Assembly (NCBI GenBank): GCA_035402765.1
Contig: DAONDX010000003.1
Span: 50,682 to 114,681 of the forward strand
From: Candidatus Omnitrophota bacterium
GTDB lineage: Bacteria > Omnitrophota > Gorgyraeia > Gygaellales > Profunditerraquicolaceae
Length of the DNA stretch: 64,000 nucleotides
Direction of reading: 5' to 3'
Within the stretch, counting starts at the first letter, position 1. Every line of letters begins with the position of its first letter. Shown here piece by piece: positions 46,365 through 57,362 of this stretch. The notes beneath the pieces are model-generated. The model had not been told where the DNA came from and did not search any database. It saw nothing but the letters and a program-made list of their open reading frames with translations. The position numbers and the translations under genes were made by a program.

Positions 46365-46438
46365 TGGGCGATAGAGGACTCGAACCTCTGACATCTACAA
46401 TGTGAATGTAGCGCTCTAACCAACTGAGCCAATCGCCC
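46365..46438 (-). tRNA. tRNA-Val(CAC), CCA not encoded
   Basis: GGGCGAT...ATCGCCC-A; anticodon arm CTACA-TTCACAT-TGTAG. Confidence 0.93.
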
Positions 46439-46606
46439 TCAAATTTTCGAGTGAAACGAGAAAATTTTACTCCGCGCTTTACCTTAATCTGGAAATCTAG
46501 GTCAAGCGATGAGAAATCGTATAATAACCTGTTAAACTTTATCCCTCGTCAGACCGATATTTATTTAATAAGGTATCCTCGGAGTGATTTTGTGAAGCAA
46601 AAATCA

Positions 46607-46700
46607 TGGGCCCACAGGGACTCGAACCCCGGACCAATTACCAAAGGGGCTCTGCCCCTATGGCGCTTTGCTGTTACCCCGAAATCGTGGGGAAAAGTTT
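46607..46700 (-). repeat. Duplicate 33-nt 3' end of tRNA-Ile2 fused to the same element seen at tRNA-Thr
   Basis: 46607-46639 is identical to 46787-46819, followed by ACCAAAGGGGCTCTGCCCCTATGGCGCT-TT-GCTGTTACCCCGAAATCGTGGGGAAAAGTTT. Confidence 0.9.
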
Positions 46701-46786
46701 AATTACCTTTATAGCTCCTTCGAGCTTGAACCTGGATAAATTCTTTAGGTATCGCTCGAAGTGAATTTTTACTTCGTAAAAATTCA

Positions 46787-46860
46787 TGGGCCCACAGGGA
46801 CTCGAACCCCGGACCAATTGATTATGAGTCAACTGCTCTAACCGACTGAGCTATGGGCCC
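46787..46860 (-). tRNA. tRNA with CAT anticodon, probably Ile2 (lysidine)
   Basis: GGGCCCA...TGGGCCC-A; anticodon loop CTCATAA; GGGCC acceptor typical of Ile2. Confidence 0.88.
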
Positions 46861-47025
46861 CATAAAATTAGCTTTATTTCACCTAAAGCCAAATCTTTGC
46901 TAGATTTACAGCTGCCATTCTAAGCTAATTTAGTTGACTAGATTAGCCATAAAATAATACTATATATTACTATTTTTAGGGAATTTTGGCAAGTTAAAAC
47001 TTATTTAATTCAGGGGCAGGAAAAT

Positions 47026-50000
47026 CTACTTTATCTTACCCACTACTCTAAGAAAAGCACTGACAATGCGGGGATCAAACTGAGTCCCGGAAGATTTCTT
47101 AATTATATCTATGGCCGCGGTTTTAGTAAACGCTTTATGATATGGCCGGTCACTGATCAAAGCCTGGTAAACATCGGCAATCGCGATCACCCTGGCCCCC
47201 AGCGGGATATCTTCACCTCTTATTCCGCTGGGATACCCTTTACCGTCCCAACGCTCATGATGGTAAAAAATAAACGGGATAAGATCGTGCAAAAACTGAA
47301 TCGGCCGGATGATATCAGCTCCGATTTGAGGGTGCTTTTTTATCTCTTCAAACTCTTTTTTATTAAGTTTACCTTTTTTAAGTAAAATGTTCTCGCTAAT
47401 TCCGATTTTACCTAGATCATGCAGCATAGAGGCCTGCTTAATCAATTCCACATCCTCTTTTGGCAAATTCAATTCTTTAGCTATTCCAACGGCAAAATGC
47501 ACCGTATTTTCAACATGCTCGCCGGTATAATGATCCTTCAATTCTAATGTTTTAGCAAAAGCAAAGATTGATTCGCTTAAACCCTGTTTAGATTGCTTGT
47601 TCAATTTATCAATAGTATTCTTTAATGATTTTATACCTACGGATTTAGTAATCTTCTCGATTCCTTTTTTTATTGGATTTTTTACATCCAATGAAGAATA
47701 AACCCGGTTACCGCCGCCTTCTTTAACTTTATTCAACAACATATCCGCCAAATTCACTAAATCCATCCCGTTTTTTGCCCGATCTTCGGGAAATGAAACC
47801 ACCGAAAGACTGATTTTTAGCTTAACACTGTGCTTTCTATTCCCGAAATTGATAAAATTCAAGGAATCCAGCAATCTTTGCGCCATATTAAAAGCCACGT
47901 TACGGCTTAGACGCGGAGAAATAACAATAAACTCCTCGCCGCTATAACGCACCAAGACATCATAGCGCCTAACCATACGCTTAAGCTGCTTGGCTAATTG
48001 TTTCAGAACTAAATCCCCAAAAGCGATTCCATACACATCATTGATCGATTTAAAATAGTCAACATCCAGCATGATAATGGCTAAGTTTTGGGCATACCTT
48101 CTGGCTTGATGGAACTCAACCTCGATTGCCTCTTGCAGATAGCGATAATTATATAAACCGGTATGCGCATCAATTAATGAAATACTTTTTAATTTTTCAT
48201 TAATTTTGATCAATTCACGGTTGAGCTTGCTTTTTTCCAATTCCGCGGCTTTATAGCGATTAGTTTCCTGTAGAAGATCGCGGGTACGTTCCCCTACCAG
48301 CTCTTCCAGATCATTACGGTAACGCTTAAGCTCTTCGTCAATCTTCTTTTTTTGCGTTATATCCACATTCACTTCAGCGACATACCACTTGCCGTCTTTA
48401 CCCTGGTAAGGTATAGAAGTAATCTGAATGGGACGATTGCCTTCTTTCTCTAAAATTTCTTCACTTACCACAATCTTCTTAGTTCTCAAAGCCTCTTCAA
48501 TAGCGCAAGTAGGACAGCGTTCCTTGCGCCCCATAAAATACTCAAAACATTTCTTCCCTTTCCACTCGCCATACACGCTAGACCAAGCAGGATCTATGTA
48601 GATAACATTGTATTCCTGATCGATGATATCTAAACCGGTTTTAGTTACTCCTAAAGTATACTCTAACCGCTGATGCACAAGATTTGCTTTTTCTTCGATC
48701 TCCTTTCTCGAGGCGATTTCCAATTCCAGAGATTTTGTCCGCTGCTCAACCAAGATTTCCAGCTTTTCATGATAAACCTTTAATTCATTTTCATATTCTT
48801 TTCTTTTACTAACATCTTCCATACATCCCAGCATCCGGAAAGGTTTACCATTTTTATCTTTAAGGAACATCCCCCTGTCTTTCATATAAGCATAACTGCC
48901 GTTTTTTTGTAAAAAACGGTATTCTACTTCATATACTCCGCCCGATTTGATTGTCTGATTCAATAAATCACTGGCCATTTTTCGGTCATCAGGATGGATC
49001 ATCTCTTCCCAGCGCCTAAGATCTACTTTGGAAAACTCTTCATGAGTAAATCCGGTAATTTTCTCAATCAAACCACTCCAGATTATCTCCTGTGTTGATA
49101 AATTCAAATCGTAAATAAGCTGGCCGGTTTGCTCGGTAACCAAGCGGTAACGTTCTTCAGCAATAGTTAGTTTCTCACTATTTTCTTTTTGCAAAGAGAT
49201 ATCTTCGAAACTTCCCAAAACAGACAGCCGCCCATCTAAAGTTAACATTGAGGCGGTAATATTAGCAAAGAAAATACTGTTGTCTTTCCTTTTAACCGGT
49301 ATATTTATAACGTTAATCAGTTCACCCTTTATCAGCCGTTCAAATTGTTCAGCGGCAAAAGACCAATCTTTTTTGGCATGAATATCCCTGACGCCTAAAT
49401 GAGACAATTCATCTTTGCTATAACCCAGCATCTTTTGGACCGCTTTATTGCTTAAAACAAAGTCGCGGGTTTGTATATCAACAATCAGCATCCCAATGTT
49501 AGAATTCTCAAAAATAGTCTTAAATTTTTCTTCGCTATAGCGTAAAGCCTCTTCGGCAGTTTTACGCTGGGTTATATCACGCACATATTCAATCACTCCG
49601 CTAATTTTTTTAGTTTTTTCATCAAACATCGGGAAGCTGTAAAGATCAAAATAACCGACAATTTTTCCTTCTTTGTCATGCTTCGGAGAAACATTAACGG
49701 CGGGCTTTAAAGTTTTAAAGGTCTCTTTCACCGGGCAATTTTGGCAAGGCTCATTTTTTCCATGAAAAGCCGCGTAACATTTTTTTCCAACCAGAGGCAA
49801 ATTATGTTCATGCCATTTTTCTTTAGTCAGATTGCACCAGACAACGTTCATTTCCGGATCTAAAACGCTTAATCCATCCTGGATGCTGTTAAACACATTG
49901 GTTGAAAAAGCAGTCAACTTACCCAGCTCTTTTTGGGTTTCTTGTGCCAGGCGCATCTCTTTACGCAAAGCCTCGTTGGAGCTGGCCAACTCCGCCGTCC

Positions 50001-50466
50001 TGACTTTAACCCTAAGCTCAAGCTCCGCGCGGACATCTTCCAACCTATCTGTCTGGCTCTTATAAAGGGTAATATTTCTGGCAATTCCGGTTGTGCCGAT
50101 TACGTTGCCATGATCATCAAAAAAAGGAGTTTTTATCGTCTCGATCCACTGTTCACCTGTTTCTTGATACATTAATCTTTCCTGAACACATTTACGTTTC
50201 TTGCTCTTAATTACTTCTTGATCATCAGCCTGGTAACTTAAAGCTAATTCTTTAGGCCAGATATCCAAATCAGTTTTTCCGATAATTTCCTCGACCTTAA
50301 AACCGCAAGCTTTAACAAAAGGCCCGTTAACAGCAATAAACCTGCCCTGGAGATCTTTAAGCCAGGCGATATCCGGGATATTATCCAAAATAGCCTTCTG
50401 CTGGAATTCTACCTTGCGCAGCTTAGCAAGCGTAATTTCAAAATTTTCGTTTTTAGAATCTTCCAT
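47026..50466 (-). CDS. Multi-PAS + GGDEF + HD-GYP c-di-GMP protein
   Basis: About 5 PAS/PAC segments; DVDYFKSINDVYG, RRYD...RYSGEEF, HDLGKIG and HHERWDGKGYP motifs. Confidence 0.93.
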   Translation of the reverse strand: MEDSKNENFEITLAKLRKVEFQQKAILDNIPDIAWLKDLQGRFIAVNGPFVKACGFKVEEIIGKTDLDIWPKELALSYQADDQEVIKSKKRKCVQERLMYQETGEQWIETIKTPFFDDHGNVIGTTGIARNITLYKSQTDRLEDVRAELELRVKVRTAELASSNEALRKEMRLAQETQKELGKLTAFSTNVFNSIQDGLSVLDPEMNVVWCNLTKEKWHEHNLPLVGKKCYAAFHGKNEPCQNCPVKETFKTLKPAVNVSPKHDKEGKIVGYFDLYSFPMFDEKTKKISGVIEYVRDITQRKTAEEALRYSEEKFKTIFENSNIGMLIVDIQTRDFVLSNKAVQKMLGYSKDELSHLGVRDIHAKKDWSFAAEQFERLIKGELINVINIPVKRKDNSIFFANITASMLTLDGRLSVLGSFEDISLQKENSEKLTIAEERYRLVTEQTGQLIYDLNLSTQEIIWSGLIEKITGFTHEEFSKVDLRRWEEMIHPDDRKMASDLLNQTIKSGGVYEVEYRFLQKNGSYAYMKDRGMFLKDKNGKPFRMLGCMEDVSKRKEYENELKVYHEKLEILVEQRTKSLELEIASRKEIEEKANLVHQRLEYTLGVTKTGLDIIDQEYNVIYIDPAWSSVYGEWKGKKCFEYFMGRKERCPTCAIEEALRTKKIVVSEEILEKEGNRPIQITSIPYQGKDGKWYVAEVNVDITQKKKIDEELKRYRNDLEELVGERTRDLLQETNRYKAAELEKSKLNRELIKINEKLKSISLIDAHTGLYNYRYLQEAIEVEFHQARRYAQNLAIIMLDVDYFKSINDVYGIAFGDLVLKQLAKQLKRMVRRYDVLVRYSGEEFIVISPRLSRNVAFNMAQRLLDSLNFINFGNRKHSVKLKISLSVVSFPEDRAKNGMDLVNLADMLLNKVKEGGGNRVYSSLDVKNPIKKGIEKITKSVGIKSLKNTIDKLNKQSKQGLSESIFAFAKTLELKDHYTGEHVENTVHFAVGIAKELNLPKEDVELIKQASMLHDLGKIGISENILLKKGKLNKKEFEEIKKHPQIGADIIRPIQFLHDLIPFIFYHHERWDGKGYPSGIRGEDIPLGARVIAIADVYQALISDRPYHKAFTKTAAIDIIKKSSGTQFDPRIVSAFLRVVGKIK

Positions 50467-50498
50467 TTTAGCCTTAGGGTTGTTTATTTACCGGTTAA

Positions 50499-50536
50499 GA
50501 AAAAAAAACAGCTCCTTTTTTAATTAAGAAGCTGCT
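50499..50536 (-). terminator. Putative intrinsic terminator after rpoD
   Basis: CAGCT(C)CTT/AAG(A)AGCTG stem with a long A run on the plus strand (U tract on minus). Confidence 0.5.
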
Positions 50537-50590
50537 TTTTTAATCTTATCTTTTGAGTAAATCATCTAATATCCCCGGTCAGATTATCTT

Positions 50591-52150
50591 TTAATATTCC
50601 CTCTGATGCGCCAAAGTCATATCCATAAAAGTACGTAAACGCCGCGAACGTGACGGATGCCTGAGTTTCTTTAAGGCCTTAGCTTCGATTTGCCTGACCC
50701 TTTCGCGCGTAACTTTAAACACATTGCCCACCTCTTCCAAAGTACGGGCGGAACCATCATGAATGCCGAAACGCAAAACCAGGATCTTTTTCTCCCTTTC
50801 GGTTAAAGTACTTAAAGCCGAATTCATTTCATCCTTTAACATTGAACGCACCGTTTCATTAGCCGGAGAGACGGCTTTTTTATCCTGGATAAAATCTCCG
50901 AAGTGCGTATCACCTTCATCGCCAATCGGCATCTGCAGTGAAATCGGCTCCTGGGCAATCTTGAGTATTGATTTTATTTTGCCTTGCGGAAAACGCATTT
51001 TATGAGCGATCTCCTCCGGTGTAGGCTCCCGGCCGTTTTTTTGCACAAAAACCCTGGAAAAACGGATTATCTTGTTAATCGTTTCAGTCATATGTACGGG
51101 AATCCTGATGGTACGGGCCTGATCCGCGATTGAGCGAGTGATCGCCTGGCGTATCCACCAAGTAGCATAAGTGGAAAATTTATAACCACGTTTATATTCA
51201 AATTTTTCTACCGCCCGCATCAAACCAATATTACCCTCCTGGATCAAATCCAGAAAAGAAAGACCGCGGTTGGTATATTTTTTAGCGATACTTACCACCA
51301 GTCGTAAGTTTGCTTCTACTAATTTCTTTTTTGTACGGCTGAATTTAAGATGCGCGGATTTAATCAGCTTCATCTGCTCTTTGATTTTACCGTAAGGCTG
51401 GGCCAATTCTTTGAGAATTTGGCGGCTGCGCAGATTATCCCGTTTATTTAACCGCTTAATATGCTCTAGCTCACGCAATAAAAGGCTCAACTTGCGTACT
51501 GCCGCTTCGATCACCGAAGTAGTAAAATTCAACTGCAAAATTAAATTTATCGCGTTACTATCGCTGCGGGTTTGCTTAATTTTAGCTAAAATACGCTTAA
51601 ACCTGCCGATCACGCTGTTCTTCTTTATATGGATATCTTCTTTAACTACCTCCTCCATATTGATCTTATCATCTAAAATATTGGCCGCCACGATTAAGAC
51701 TTCATTCCTGGCAAACTTAGTCACTAAAACTGCCCGCTTGAATTTATCTTCGGCATCTTCGATCTTTTTAGCCAGTTCAATTTCATTTTCACGGCTGAGC
51801 AAAGAGATCGAACCCATTTGCTTCAAATACATTTTTACCGGATCATCCAAAGGCATAAAACGCTCTTCGCTTTTAAGCTGCTCGGTGAGCAGCTCCTCAC
51901 GCTGCTGCACTAAATTTTGCTTATCCTGCTGGGTAGCGCGGTTTGCCGATAAACCTGCGTCAGTTTCACCCTCGACCACTTGAATATCTTCATTCCCCAG
52001 TAATTCAAAAAGGTGATCAATCGCCACGGTACTAGAAAGGTCCTCAGGCAACAAATCATTAACTTCATCATAAGTTAAAAAGCCCTTCTGTTTACCCAGG
52101 GCAATTAGTTTTTCCATATCTTTGGTGGGCTGCTGCTGATTCTTTTTCAT
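50591..52150 (-). CDS. rpoD: Primary sigma factor RpoD
   Basis: Region 1.1, [35 protein letters not shown] and TRERVRQIE motifs. Confidence 0.98.
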   Translation of the reverse strand: MKKNQQQPTKDMEKLIALGKQKGFLTYDEVNDLLPEDLSSTVAIDHLFELLGNEDIQVVEGETDAGLSANRATQQDKQNLVQQREELLTEQLKSEERFMPLDDPVKMYLKQMGSISLLSRENEIELAKKIEDAEDKFKRAVLVTKFARNEVLIVAANILDDKINMEEVVKEDIHIKKNSVIGRFKRILAKIKQTRSDSNAINLILQLNFTTSVIEAAVRKLSLLLRELEHIKRLNKRDNLRSRQILKELAQPYGKIKEQMKLIKSAHLKFSRTKKKLVEANLRLVVSIAKKYTNRGLSFLDLIQEGNIGLMRAVEKFEYKRGYKFSTYATWWIRQAITRSIADQARTIRIPVHMTETINKIIRFSRVFVQKNGREPTPEEIAHKMRFPQGKIKSILKIAQEPISLQMPIGDEGDTHFGDFIQDKKAVSPANETVRSMLKDEMNSALSTLTEREKKILVLRFGIHDGSARTLEEVGNVFKVTRERVRQIEAKALKKLRHPSRSRRLRTFMDMTLAHQREY

Positions 52151-52152
52151 AC

Positions 52153-53919
52153 TTAGTCGCCTTTCTTTATAAGATTATCAAATTCCTGAATAAGACTGTT
52201 TAACTTTTCCTGATCGCCTTGAGATTCAGCGCTCTTAATCTGTTTATTTAAATTCTCACGCCGGGATCTTAATTTTTGGGTTTTAATCCGCGCGATGCAA
52301 TCATTAACCGCTTTCTCCCTGCCTTGATCCGTAAGCGCCGGCATAAACATAGTTTCACAAACCAACTGGCTGGCATCATCTTCGCTAAAATAATTCATCA
52401 GTACGCTTGGCTGAATACTTTTTCCCTGAAGAACTAAATCATGCATTACAGAAACAATTTTAGCCGTGCGCGCATCCGCAAAATCGGCAGGCGCCAACTC
52501 ATGCATAATTCTTTCAATCAGATCTTTTTCCTCGAGCATAAATTTGATCAAAAGTTTCTCCGCCGGATTGATCGGCATAGAGTTTTTCACCGAAACAACA
52601 ACAGGATCCGCAGGAATAGAAACAACCGGTTTGAATTTACGCAACTCTTCAAGAATATCTGCCTGCGGTATCCGCATTTCTTCAGACAATTTTTTTGTAT
52701 ATTCACCTCTTAAAATAGCATTATCGAACTTGTTAATCGTAAAAAGCATTTCCGCGGCAATTTTAGCTTTACCATGCGCATCTTTTATATCATGCCGGCT
52801 TTTTAAAATCTCCAGTTTATAATCAAAGAAACTGGCCGCTTTTTCTACTTTATCTTTTAAGGTATTGACACCCTGCTTGCGCACCAAAGTATCCGGATCC
52901 ATCCCGGCAGGCAAAGTAACAACTTTTACCTGCAAACCTTCATCGATCAGAATATCCAGGCTTCTTAAAGTAGCCAGCTCTCCGGCGGCATCTCCGTCAT
53001 AAACCATTACAACATTATGCGTATAACGTTTAATTAGTTTAATCTGCTCCAAAGTAAGCGCCGTGCCCTGTGAAGCAACGATATTTTTCAACCCCTCCTG
53101 AAAAGGAATAATGAAATCCAAATAACCTTCCACGATCACTACCCGGTCGCCATCCCGGATAAAATCCTTGGATAAATTCAACCCGAAGAGATTTTTGCCT
53201 TTAGTGTAAACCGGCGTCTCCGGAGAATTAATATATTTAGGCAGAGTCTCATCCAACACCCGCGCACCGAATCCGATCGAACGCGCCCGCACATCAAAAA
53301 TCGGGAATATAATACGCTGGCGAAAACGATCATAATAACCACCGGAATCTTTAGGTAAAATCAAGCCCGCCTGCTCCATCAAAGCCAGACTGATATTCTT
53401 GCTTCTTAAAAAATTAATTAAACCATCCCAGCCCAAAGTAGCTAAACCTAAATGAAACTCTTTAGCGGTAGCAAGCTTAATCCCTCTGTTTTGTAAATAA
53501 TTTACCGCGGCTTCCGCTCCCGGAACATGCAGGTTATTTTCATAAAAACTTACCGCGAGTTCATTAATTTTGTATAATTGGCTGCTTAAACTGGCAGCCT
53601 GAGCTAATTCCGGACGATTCTGATCAGGCAGAATAATTCCGCATCTTTTAGCCAGCATTTCAACCGCTTCGGGAAATTCCATCCGCTCATGACGCATCAG
53701 GAACTTAAAAGCATTGCCGGATTCACCGCAGCCAAAACAATGGTAAATCTGGCGTTCCGGAGAGACCATAAAAGAGGCTGTCTTTTCATGATGAAAAGGA
53801 CAATTGGTTTTAAAGTTCGAACCGGCTTTCTTAAGCGGGATATAGCTAGAAATAATCTCCACGATATCTACCCGCCCAAGGATATCCTCTAATATATTTT
53901 CTGGTATACGCCCAAACAT
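52153..53919 (-). CDS. dnaG: DNA primase
   Basis: [11 protein letters not shown]...[18 protein letters not shown] and YDGDAAG motifs. Confidence 0.98.
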   Translation of the reverse strand: MFGRIPENILEDILGRVDIVEIISSYIPLKKAGSNFKTNCPFHHEKTASFMVSPERQIYHCFGCGESGNAFKFLMRHERMEFPEAVEMLAKRCGIILPDQNRPELAQAASLSSQLYKINELAVSFYENNLHVPGAEAAVNYLQNRGIKLATAKEFHLGLATLGWDGLINFLRSKNISLALMEQAGLILPKDSGGYYDRFRQRIIFPIFDVRARSIGFGARVLDETLPKYINSPETPVYTKGKNLFGLNLSKDFIRDGDRVVIVEGYLDFIIPFQEGLKNIVASQGTALTLEQIKLIKRYTHNVVMVYDGDAAGELATLRSLDILIDEGLQVKVVTLPAGMDPDTLVRKQGVNTLKDKVEKAASFFDYKLEILKSRHDIKDAHGKAKIAAEMLFTINKFDNAILRGEYTKKLSEEMRIPQADILEELRKFKPVVSIPADPVVVSVKNSMPINPAEKLLIKFMLEEKDLIERIMHELAPADFADARTAKIVSVMHDLVLQGKSIQPSVLMNYFSEDDASQLVCETMFMPALTDQGREKAVNDCIARIKTQKLRSRRENLNKQIKSAESQGDQEKLNSLIQEFDNLIKKGD

Positions 53920-53923
53920 TTCT

Positions 53924-54808
53924 CTACTTTCTTTTTATTCTAGTAAAACCGGAGCAGGCAATAATTTCAAAACGTTCTCTGGCGGCTTGTTCAATATTAT
54001 CTAAAAGTAAATTCAGGCCCAGAGTATCCGACGAAATATGGCCGGCAATCACTACATTTAAATTAGCATCTTTAACTTTTTTAAAATGCCCTTCACTCAA
54101 ATGCATGGAAACTAAAGTCCTTACCCCGGCTTTATATAATTTGTCAAAAACGTCTTTTGAGCCCTCAGTACCTCCGGTCATCTCAAATAAAATTTTGCCG
54201 GCCGGACGCTTAGGATTACCCAAAATTATACGCGGCCCGGTATTAAATTTACCGGCGATCTGATACTCCGGTATAGTGTTTAATACTTTTACCACATCTT
54301 CGACTAAACGCGGGATACGGGATTTCTGCTTAAAAATCGCTTCCAGGTACCTGTGCACATGATTATCAGCCGGAGTATGCAAATTCATAAAAGGAATCTT
54401 TAACAATCTGGCAGCATCTACCGGCCGGGTATGATTCTGCGGCAATACCCCGCGCTGGACCTGTGCCATTCTTTCCTCAACTAATCTGGTTGCGGCGGGC
54501 TTAGCCAGACCGGCTTGCGTCAATAGATCAACCTGCAATCTCATCACTTCATATAAACCGGCATAAGCTTTTCCTTCGGGATGATGCGCAAGCACTAAAT
54601 CCAACCCTTCCTTTTGCCGGATACGGTCAGCCAGCAAAAGCTCCGGGGTTTCAATATCTATTCCAACCAGAATTTTTTTAACCTCTAAATCCGGCTGGCC
54701 GAAAAGTATCGCTGAATCGGGAAAAGATTTTATTTTTGATTTAGCTTTACGCACATCCGCTAAACGGCCAAAACGCACGGCCTGATTATAAAAGTTTATC
54801 AGCTTCAT
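53924..54808 (-). CDS. NIF3/YbgI-like dimetal protein
   Basis: GID, AHHP, HTPADN, MH and AGHISSD metal-ligand pattern. Confidence 0.75.
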   Translation of the reverse strand: MKLINFYNQAVRFGRLADVRKAKSKIKSFPDSAILFGQPDLEVKKILVGIDIETPELLLADRIRQKEGLDLVLAHHPEGKAYAGLYEVMRLQVDLLTQAGLAKPAATRLVEERMAQVQRGVLPQNHTRPVDAARLLKIPFMNLHTPADNHVHRYLEAIFKQKSRIPRLVEDVVKVLNTIPEYQIAGKFNTGPRIILGNPKRPAGKILFEMTGGTEGSKDVFDKLYKAGVRTLVSMHLSEGHFKKVKDANLNVVIAGHISSDTLGLNLLLDNIEQAARERFEIIACSGFTRIKRK

Positions 54809-55389
54809 CAGCGATAGAATTTATCCATGGTTTCGGCAACGGTAGAATTAAATTTTTCATGAGCGGAGAACTTAGAAAAGATATTGCTCCAAAGCCAATC
54901 GTAAGTCCGGGGAGAAATAGCAAAAGCCCGGCTGCCTAAATAAGAATGCCGTACGGAATTACTAATATAAGTAACCGTGGAAATACTCAAAGTAAAAGAA
55001 ATTAAACCGACTATCAAAAAACTCCGGAAAATGCCTAAAATCAACCCGGCGACCTGGTTGATCCTGGGAACAGCGTTTAATTGAACAAAACGGAAAAGCA
55101 AGCTGCGTAAAAGTATAAAACAGGAGTATCCCACAATAACCAGCAAAATAAAAACTATAAAATCCATGAATGCTAAAGGCATAATTTGGGAGAAAAAACG
55201 CCTCTGGATAAGATCTGAAACAGCGACATAATAATGCAGCGATATATAAGTTGAAAAAATTACACCTGCAAGCTTGAAAAGTTCGATGGATAAACCCATT
55301 TTAGCAGCAATGTAACATATTCTAAATAAAACAATTAGGATAATGAAATCTAAAAAATTAAACTTTGCTAACGTCTCGGCTATCATCAC
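54808..55389 (-). CDS. CvpA (colicin V production) family membrane protein
   Basis: LDFIIL...MGLSIE start, four TM helices, NQVAGLILGIFR...S motif. Confidence 0.8.
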   Translation of the reverse strand: MMIAETLAKFNFLDFIILIVLFRICYIAAKMGLSIELFKLAGVIFSTYISLHYYVAVSDLIQRRFFSQIMPLAFMDFIVFILLVIVGYSCFILLRSLLFRFVQLNAVPRINQVAGLILGIFRSFLIVGLISFTLSISTVTYISNSVRHSYLGSRAFAISPRTYDWLWSNIFSKFSAHEKFNSTVAETMDKFYR

Positions 55390-55501
55390 TCTCTCCTATT
55401 TTTTTGGGAATTAATGCTTGTTCTTGGTATAGTAGGATTAGCTGCAATTTATCAAAAAGTATAACATATATCCGACCGGATTGTCAAGGAAACGGGCAGA
55501 T

Positions 55502-56434
55502 TTATATCCTAAACCAGGCTATGGTGCGCTCTAACCCGTTTTCCAGGGAAACCTTGGGTTTCCAGCCAAGAAGCTTCTTGGCTCTAGTAATATCCGGCCG
55601 GCGTTGCTGCGGATCATCTTGAGGCAATTCTTTAAAAACAATCTTACTTTTAGAACCGGTCAATTTTAAAACAAGCTTTACCAGCTGCATAATAGTGAAT
55701 TCGGCAGGATTACCCAGATTAACCGGTAGATTCTGGTGAGCAACCATTAAACGCAATAAACCATCCACCAAATCATCAATATAACAAAAACTTCTGCTCT
55801 GCTTGCCCCTCCCGTAAACCGTAATCGCCCGGCCGGCTAAAGCCTGACTGATAAAATTAGGGACTACCCGGCCGTCATTATGACGCATTTTCGGACCATA
55901 AGTGTTAAAAATACGGACAATCTTAGTGTTTACCTTATGTTCACGGCAATAAGCCATCGTTATGGCTTCCGCAAACCGCTTGGATTCATCATAACAGCTA
56001 CGCACACCAATAGGATTCACATGTCCCCAATAATTTTCGGTTTGCGGATGAACCAGAGGGTCGCCATAAACCTCCGAAGTAGAAAAAAGCATAAATGCGG
56101 CTTTTTTCTTTTTAGCCAGGCCTAAAGCATTATGCGTACCTAACGCACCGACTTTTAGAGTTTGGATGGGAAAATCTAAATAATCCTTCGGAGAAGCTAA
56201 AGAAGCGCAATGCAGGACATAATCTAATTTACCGGAAATATTAATATGGTCGGAAACGTCACAAACCTCTAATCTGAAATTTTTATCTTTAGAAAATCCA
56301 TCCAGATTGCTGGGAGTACCGGTAATAAAGTTATCCAAACAAATAACCCGGTAATTTTCGGCCAGCAGCCTCTGGCACAAATGCGAACCGATAAAACCCG
56401 CTCCCCCGGTAATCAACACTGTCTGTTTAGGCAT
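55502..56434 (-). CDS. UDP-glucuronate decarboxylase (UDP-xylose synthase-like SDR)
   Basis: [33 protein letters not shown] and [10 protein letters not shown] motifs. Confidence 0.92.
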   Translation of the reverse strand: MPKQTVLITGGAGFIGSHLCQRLLAENYRVICLDNFITGTPSNLDGFSKDKNFRLEVCDVSDHINISGKLDYVLHCASLASPKDYLDFPIQTLKVGALGTHNALGLAKKKKAAFMLFSTSEVYGDPLVHPQTENYWGHVNPIGVRSCYDESKRFAEAITMAYCREHKVNTKIVRIFNTYGPKMRHNDGRVVPNFISQALAGRAITVYGRGKQSRSFCYIDDLVDGLLRLMVAHQNLPVNLGNPAEFTIMQLVKLVLKLTGSKSKIVFKELPQDDPQQRRPDITRAKKLLGWKPKVSLENGLERTIAWFRI

Positions 56435-57362
56435 TTTGTTTCCAAAAATCCACAGTAATTTTTAAACCATCGATAAAACTGACTTTCGGCTTAAAATTCA
56501 AAAATTTTCCGGCTTGTCTTATATCAGCCAAAGTCCTAAATACATCACCCGCCCGCACAGGAAGTAATCTAGGTTTAATATTTTTGCCTAAAATCTGATT
56601 AAGGATTTTAACTAAATCCAGAACCGAAGTGTCTTTACCGCTGGCGACATTAAAAACTCCATGCTTAACTTTACAAGCAGAAGCGGCCAACAAATTGGCA
56701 GCTACCACATTTTGCACAAAGGTGAAATCCCGGGACTGGCGACCATTACCAAAAATCGGCGGAGATTGATTATTCAAAAGACAATTAATAAACTTGGGAA
56801 TTACTACCGCATAATCATCATCTAATGCCTGGCGCGGCCCGAAAACATTGAAATATCGCAAGGCAACCGTAGGTAAAGCAAAATATAGACTGAATATCTT
56901 ACAGTAATATTCTCCGGTTATCTTACTTAAAGCATACGGGGAAATCGGACCGGGGAGGAAACTTTCTTTTTCCGGATAATCTTTTACCTCACCGTATACC
57001 GAACTCGATGAAGCAAAAACAAAACGTTTTATCTTATTTTCCCGGGAAGCCTCCAGCATATTAAGCGTTCCGTCGATATTAACGCGATTATAGGCATGCG
57101 GTTCAACCATGCTCTTAGGCACGCTCCTTAAAGCCGCTTGATGTAAAACGAAATCCACCCCTTTGGTCGCTTTAACACAAGCAGCATAAGAACAAATATC
57201 CCCTCTGATTAAATCAATCTTTTTTTCCAGCCCCTTAAGGTTACTTAATTTGCCGCTAGAAAAATTATCCAGGACCCGCACATTCTTGCCCTGTTTAACC
57301 AAAGCTTCGACAATATGTGAACCGATAAAACCTGCCCCGCCGGTAACCAAAAACCTGCTCAT
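56427..57362 (-). CDS. NAD-dependent nucleotide-sugar epimerase (WbpP-like)
   Basis: [33 protein letters not shown] and [11 protein letters not shown] motifs. Confidence 0.9.
   Translation of the reverse strand: MSRFLVTGGAGFIGSHIVEALVKQGKNVRVLDNFSSGKLSNLKGLEKKIDLIRGDICSYAACVKATKGVDFVLHQAALRSVPKSMVEPHAYNRVNIDGTLNMLEASRENKIKRFVFASSSSVYGEVKDYPEKESFLPGPISPYALSKITGEYYCKIFSLYFALPTVALRYFNVFGPRQALDDDYAVVIPKFINCLLNNQSPPIFGNGRQSRDFTFVQNVVAANLLAASACKVKHGVFNVASGKDTSVLDLVKILNQILGKNIKPRLLPVRAGDVFRTLADIRQAGKFLNFKPKVSFIDGLKITVDFWKQNA

Noticed and set aside
46451-46702. 83-aa plus-strand ORF sharing GALPLWR with the 5635 ORF
   Set aside because: The shared peptide only reflects the shared DNA element. The ORF lies antisense in a tRNA spacer and has no SD.
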